DNA from: Candidatus Ozemobacter sp.
Lineage (GTDB): Bacteria > Muiribacteriota > Ozemobacteria > Ozemobacterales > Ozemobacteraceae
Assembly: GCA_030446435.1 (NCBI GenBank)
Contig: JASURT010000002.1
Coordinates: 1 to 48,844, forward strand
Direction of reading: 5' to 3'
DNA length: 48,844 nt
The notes beneath the pieces were generated by a model, which searched no databases, was not told where the DNA came from, and saw only the letters and a list, made by a program, of their open reading frames with translations. A program made the position numbers and the translations under genes. Numbering within the stretch: position 1 is the first letter of the stretch; each line of letters starts with the position of its first letter. Below are positions 45,139 to 48,844 of the stretch, in pieces.

Positions 45139-45852
45139 TCAGACTATGGTTTCAGAAACTGCGCTGATCTGATTCTGGCGCAGTTTAATGATTGTGCCGG
45201 GGTGGTGGTAGCCGTTAACCACAGCACAGGGGTAAACCCGACAGTTCGCGCCGAGAATTGTGCCGGGGTTGGTAACGGAATTACAGCCCAGCAAGCAGTT
45301 GTCGCCAAGAATTGCCCCGAATTTTCTTACGCAGGTATCGACAACGTGCTCGTCAATTCTTGTCTTTACACTTGTTCCATCATTTTTCAGATTTGACAGT
45401 TTGGTGCCGGCGCCAAGATTTACGCCGGTGCCGAGAATAGAATCACCGACATAATTGAAATGAGGGGCTTTTGCGCCCGGCAGCATGATCGATCTGACGA
45501 TTTCAGTGCAATGACCAACCACCGAATTGTTGCCGATGATTACGTTGCCGCGCACATATGCGCAATGCCTGATTTCGACGTTTTCGCCAATAATGGTCGG
45601 TCCGCAGATCAAAGCGCCAGGGTGAACAACCGAGCCTTTACCTATGTAAATATCGTTTCCGACCAGAATTGCGCCTTCTTCAACTTTACCGAGAATCTCG
45701 GGTTTTACCCGTGGGCCGACAAAGCCTTTCTGAATTCGCTTCAGAATATCCCAGACGTTTTCAAGGCTGTCAAAGCCTTCAAGTTCTTTGGCAAAAAGTT
45801 CCGGGCAGGGAAATTCAGAAATCTTGCTGAAAAATTTATCAAGTTCAAGCAT
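45139..45852 (-). CDS. Stand-alone GlmU-like left-handed beta-helix acetyltransferase
   Basis: Hexapeptide repeats; PHFNYVGDSILG..VNLGAGT and KFGAILGD motifs. Confidence 0.85.
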   Translation of the reverse strand: MLELDKFFSKISEFPCPELFAKELEGFDSLENVWDILKRIQKGFVGPRVKPEILGKVEEGAILVGNDIYIGKGSVVHPGALICGPTIIGENVEIRHCAYVRGNVIIGNNSVVGHCTEIVRSIMLPGAKAPHFNYVGDSILGTGVNLGAGTKLSNLKNDGTSVKTRIDEHVVDTCVRKFGAILGDNCLLGCNSVTNPGTILGANCRVYPCAVVNGYHHPGTIIKLRQNQISAVSETIV

Positions 45853-45905
45853 TGTTAATCTCCTGTGTTTTGCTCTGAATTATAAACCTCAGGGCACGGT
45901 CGAGG

Positions 45906-46775
45906 TCAAGTTTTCTTATGCAGTGCAAGGCATGCTGGACTTAAAATGCATCTTTTGCACAGCTGCTGGTCTTTGCCGTGGGTGCATTCGCCGGCAATAC
46001 CGAGGTGGCAAAGAGAAAAATCGTATTTAATCGGGTCTTCGGCATCGAATTTGCGCAAATTTTCGCTGATTTCTTCAGCAGTTTTCCAGTCATCGCTTTT
46101 TCTCGTGGTTAAGCCAAGATTGCGCGATATTCGGCTGATATGACGGTCGAGCGGAATCAGAAGCTTTGCCGGTGAAACTTCTGCCCAGAGATTCATATCG
46201 ACGCCATCGTTCTTTCTTACCATCCAGCGCAGAAACATATGCCAGCGCTTGGCACAACCGCCCGAGTCAGGGTCGGGAAGCAGATGTCGCAGGCCTCTGG
46301 GAACGGGGTTCAAATAAGTTTTGCAGGCGGCGAGCAGTTCAGTGTGCAGGCGAATCAGGCCGTCTTTAATCGATTCTTCAGGCAGGTAGCCGCTTAAAAA
46401 TAATTCTTTCAAAGAACCGAATCTGGTTATGACATCGCCGGAAGCCAGAGCAAAGGCCCGTATTTCTTCAGCGGTGCTGAGTCGGTAGGCAGGCCAGCTT
46501 TTTATGCTGATTTTGCCGGTAATCAGATCGAGGTATTGCCAGTCGCAGCTTTCCATAACTGCTTTTATTTTCTTGATGAACTGAGAAGCCGATCCATAGG
46601 CGAGCATAGCCGAAAAAAGAGCTACCGCTTCGGTTTCGAAGACAGGCCGACCCTGCTCAAAAAACCATCTGGGAAATTGAACAGGGTCGGCTTTGGTTCG
46701 CGCAGCCGGAGGAAAATCAACCAGAACCTTTTCTAGAAGCGGTTTAAGGTCGACTTTTCTCCGGGCGTTTGTCAT
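45906..46775 (-). CDS. TIGR02757 (DUF2400) family protein
   Basis: DPVQFP, AYG, KRWHMFLRWMVR, PLDRH and DPIKYDFSL motifs; Cys-rich end. Confidence 0.88.
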   Translation of the reverse strand: MTNARRKVDLKPLLEKVLVDFPPAARTKADPVQFPRWFFEQGRPVFETEAVALFSAMLAYGSASQFIKKIKAVMESCDWQYLDLITGKISIKSWPAYRLSTAEEIRAFALASGDVITRFGSLKELFLSGYLPEESIKDGLIRLHTELLAACKTYLNPVPRGLRHLLPDPDSGGCAKRWHMFLRWMVRKNDGVDMNLWAEVSPAKLLIPLDRHISRISRNLGLTTRKSDDWKTAEEISENLRKFDAEDPIKYDFSLCHLGIAGECTHGKDQQLCKRCILSPACLALHKKT

Positions 46776-46777
46776 TT

Positions 46778-48478
46778 TTAGTATTGGAAAGAGCTGCCGC
46801 CGATAAATTCGCGAAGAATTGAAGTCGGGGGTACTTCTTTGGGGTCGAGTGTCGAGAAGAACGACAGGGTTTTCAGAATTCTTCTTGCCATGGGGTAAGA
46901 AGAGCTTTCAGGTGGAATATCAAGGAACAGTGGCTCGGCGATGGGCCTGAGAACAGCCCATTCGTAAGGTACGGCTGAGTTGAAGACCATATCGGCACAT
47001 TCCTGGAAAGGAAAGATATTGCGCTCTTCGCCGCGCCTGACTGATTCCCAGCGGTTAATCGTGTCTTCGGCAGAATAGCCGCGGTATTTGCTGTCGCGCA
47101 CGGTTCTTCTGATCAGTCTGGTGTCAGTTGTGGCGATACGGTTGTAGTCATCGATAACCAGCTGGGTCAAAGCGCTGATGTAAATTTTAAACTTGCAGCT
47201 TGCCGGAATCGAGCTGGTAAGTTCATCATTCAGTCCATGAATGCCTTCGATGATGATAATCTGATCTTCATTTATGCGCATCGGATCAGTTTCCGTCTTA
47301 CGATGCCCGGTATGGAAATCGAATTCTGGAATTTGCACGGTATGACCTTCGAGAAGGCCTTTGAGATGTTTGTTGAACAGCTCGAGATCGAGGGCGTAAA
47401 TTGATTCGAAATCATATTCGCCGTCTTCGTCTCTGGGGGTGTGCGCTCGGTCGAGGAAATAGTTGTCGAGCGACAATGCAACCGGTCTTAGGCCATTCAC
47501 TTTAAGGTGAGTGCACAGACGTTTGCTGAAGGTAGTTTTGCCAGAGCTTGATGGTCCGGCAATAAGAACGATTCGGCACGAGGTGCGACGAGTGATCTCG
47601 TCGGCGATTTCCTGAATCTTCTTTGAATGAAGGGCTTCAGCAGTTTTAATGAAGTCAGAGATGGTTTTATCTTTGATCGTTTCATTAAGTCGCCCGACGT
47701 TGTTCACTTCAAGAATTTTGCCCCAGTTTTTGCTTTCGCGGTATGCCTGAAAGATCTTGGGCTGTCTTCTTACTTCTGAAGGCACACCTGGATCGTTGTT
47801 GTCGGGGAATAGAAGAACGAAACCCTGGGCATACTGTTTAAGGTCGAAGACTTCGAGATAGCCTGTAGATGGCACCATCGGTCCGAAATCCAGATCGATA
47901 TATTTCCAGCATGAGATGATGCCGACTTTGTCGGTGTTCAGATTTTTGAGTAATCTGGCTTTTTCCGGGTATCCTTCACGGTTCAGAAGGGCGATGGCTT
48001 CTGATCTGGTCATGGTTTTTTTGCCGAATTTCTCGTCTTTTTTCACGATTTCGAGCATTTTGGTTTTAATGTATTCAAGAATCTTTTCAGAGACCGGAAC
48101 GTCGGTGAAAAGATCGTAGTAAAAGCCGTTACCGATTGAATGATCAATTGCCAGGCGTGCATTACGATACAGTTCCATTACGGCTCTGGCCAGAACCAGT
48201 GTCAGGCTGCGGCGATAGCAGTCTCTGCCGTGTGGGGACTTGTAGTTGAGAAATTCAACTCTGCAGTCCATTTCCGGGACGAAGTCCAGGCTGTGAATGT
48301 CGTTTTGAATTTTGGCGCAGATGTAGGGTAAATCTTCCTGTTGCGGCACCTTGTCGAGAAGTTCGCTTATGGGGTGCCCATGTTCAAGCTTGTGACTTGT
48401 GCCATCGTTTATGGTGATGGTAAGCATCTCTTTTTCGTCAGATATTTCTTCAACCTTGTTTTCCTGTAGTTCTTTCAT
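46778..48478 (-). CDS. udk: Uridine/nucleoside kinase with a ThrRS-like N-terminal region
   Basis: IAGPSSSGKTT, LDNYF, EGIHGLN and IFPFQE motifs; AAGAGG RBS before ATG at 48478. Confidence 0.85.
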   Translation of the reverse strand: MKELQENKVEEISDEKEMLTITINDGTSHKLEHGHPISELLDKVPQQEDLPYICAKIQNDIHSLDFVPEMDCRVEFLNYKSPHGRDCYRRSLTLVLARAVMELYRNARLAIDHSIGNGFYYDLFTDVPVSEKILEYIKTKMLEIVKKDEKFGKKTMTRSEAIALLNREGYPEKARLLKNLNTDKVGIISCWKYIDLDFGPMVPSTGYLEVFDLKQYAQGFVLLFPDNNDPGVPSEVRRQPKIFQAYRESKNWGKILEVNNVGRLNETIKDKTISDFIKTAEALHSKKIQEIADEITRRTSCRIVLIAGPSSSGKTTFSKRLCTHLKVNGLRPVALSLDNYFLDRAHTPRDEDGEYDFESIYALDLELFNKHLKGLLEGHTVQIPEFDFHTGHRKTETDPMRINEDQIIIIEGIHGLNDELTSSIPASCKFKIYISALTQLVIDDYNRIATTDTRLIRRTVRDSKYRGYSAEDTINRWESVRRGEERNIFPFQECADMVFNSAVPYEWAVLRPIAEPLFLDIPPESSSYPMARRILKTLSFFSTLDPKEVPPTSILREFIGGSSFQY

Positions 48479-48500
48479 TGTTACCTCTTGATGTATTTGC

Positions 48501-48530
48501 AAAAATAAACCCCGCAAAATGGCTGCGGGG
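48501..48530 (-). terminator. Leader terminator directly upstream of the udk RBS
   Basis: Minus strand CCCCGCA-GCCATTT-TGCGGGG-TTTATTTTT. Confidence 0.75.
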
Positions 48531-48659
48531 GGAAAAGCGTAATGATACAACCCCTCGCTCAATGTGGCGAGAAGCAGGGCGTTAAGCCTTTTGACCCATC
48601 GTTGATAAATTTACTCAATCGTATGCTCTCTTGTGTGTCTTAAATCAGGGAAGAGAGTT

Positions 48660-48688
48660 AAAATACCACCACAGAAAAAAACTGTCAA
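48660..48688 (-). promoter_or_regulatory. Sigma70-type promoter for the udk leader
   Basis: TTGACA-17 bp-TATTTT on the minus strand. Confidence 0.7.
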
Positions 48689-48736
48689 GATGGCTGCTTT
48701 CCCGAAAAATAGAGACACTGTTTGCGGCAAAATCAT

Positions 48737-48844
48737 CGGGCAGGCAATTGCGCCGCTTACGCAACTTCGGCGTCTCCTGACTCTGGCTTCTCAACCTTCT
48801 CATAACGCGCCGAAACCCCGACGAGTCTCCATCCCTGGAGACCG
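48737..48844 (-). ncRNA. Possible 3' half of a variant cobalamin riboswitch, truncated by the window end
   Basis: Minus strand TGAGAAGG...GAGTCAGGAGA-[28-nt insert]-CCTGCCCG resembles the B12-box end (GGGAAG...GYCAGGAGACCTGCC). Confidence 0.45.

Noticed and set aside
52-48331. The many short antisense or overlapping ORFs in the track (e.g. 52-516, 2058-2711, 10280-10783, 37398-37901)
   Set aside because: They lie within well-supported genes and carry no recognisable motifs, so they are shadow ORFs.
48479-48562. Longer ORF-track starts for udk (also satP 6886, HEPN 6951, rluA 11929, FmdB 32103, methyltransferase 33843)
   Set aside because: Downstream ATGs have better RBSs or avoid overlapping neighbouring genes and terminators.
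48545-48575. IscB omega-RNA/HEARO-like end (CATTGAGCGAGGGG), or a PyrR site
   Set aside because: There is no IscB/TnpB gene or other omega-RNA element, and the PyrR loop consensus is absent.
1-48844. CRISPR array, tRNA/rRNA, integrase or transposase
   Set aside because: I saw no regularly spaced repeats, cloverleaf signatures or recombinase motifs by eye.

Overview
A gene-dense bacterial chromosome segment of moderate GC, apparently from an anaerobic diderm. The protein styles remind me of Candidatus Riflebacteria-like lineages, but that is an unverified impression. The core is the rpsB-tsf-pyrH-frr-uppS-cdsA-rseP superoperon, with an unannotated 2[4Fe-4S] ferredoxin inserted and no dxr. Around it lie: an exported sulfur-relay operon (MBL-rhodanese, split YeeE/YedE, YeeE-triple-rhodanese), a SatP acetate channel with a winged-helix-like tail, a HEPN/MNT toxin-antitoxin pair, a secreted eukaryote-like XendoU RNase, a FecCD/BtuCD ABC pair, a partial legionaminic-acid cluster, ptrB, cobO, a TIGR02757 gene and a ThrRS-like udk. 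The udk gene has a structured attenuator-like leader, and a variant cobalamin-riboswitch-like element lies further upstream at the window edge. The most unusual locus is 25.3-32.1 kb: an excisionase-like HTH-PIN gene, a giant HEAT-repeat PilT ATPase and a convergent giant HEAT-repeat class III adenylate cyclase. A separate exported protein appears to fuse a PilP/GspC-like domain to secretin N0-like domains. I saw no CRISPR array, tRNA, rRNA, integrase or transposase. All family assignments come from reading motifs by eye; no database search was run.
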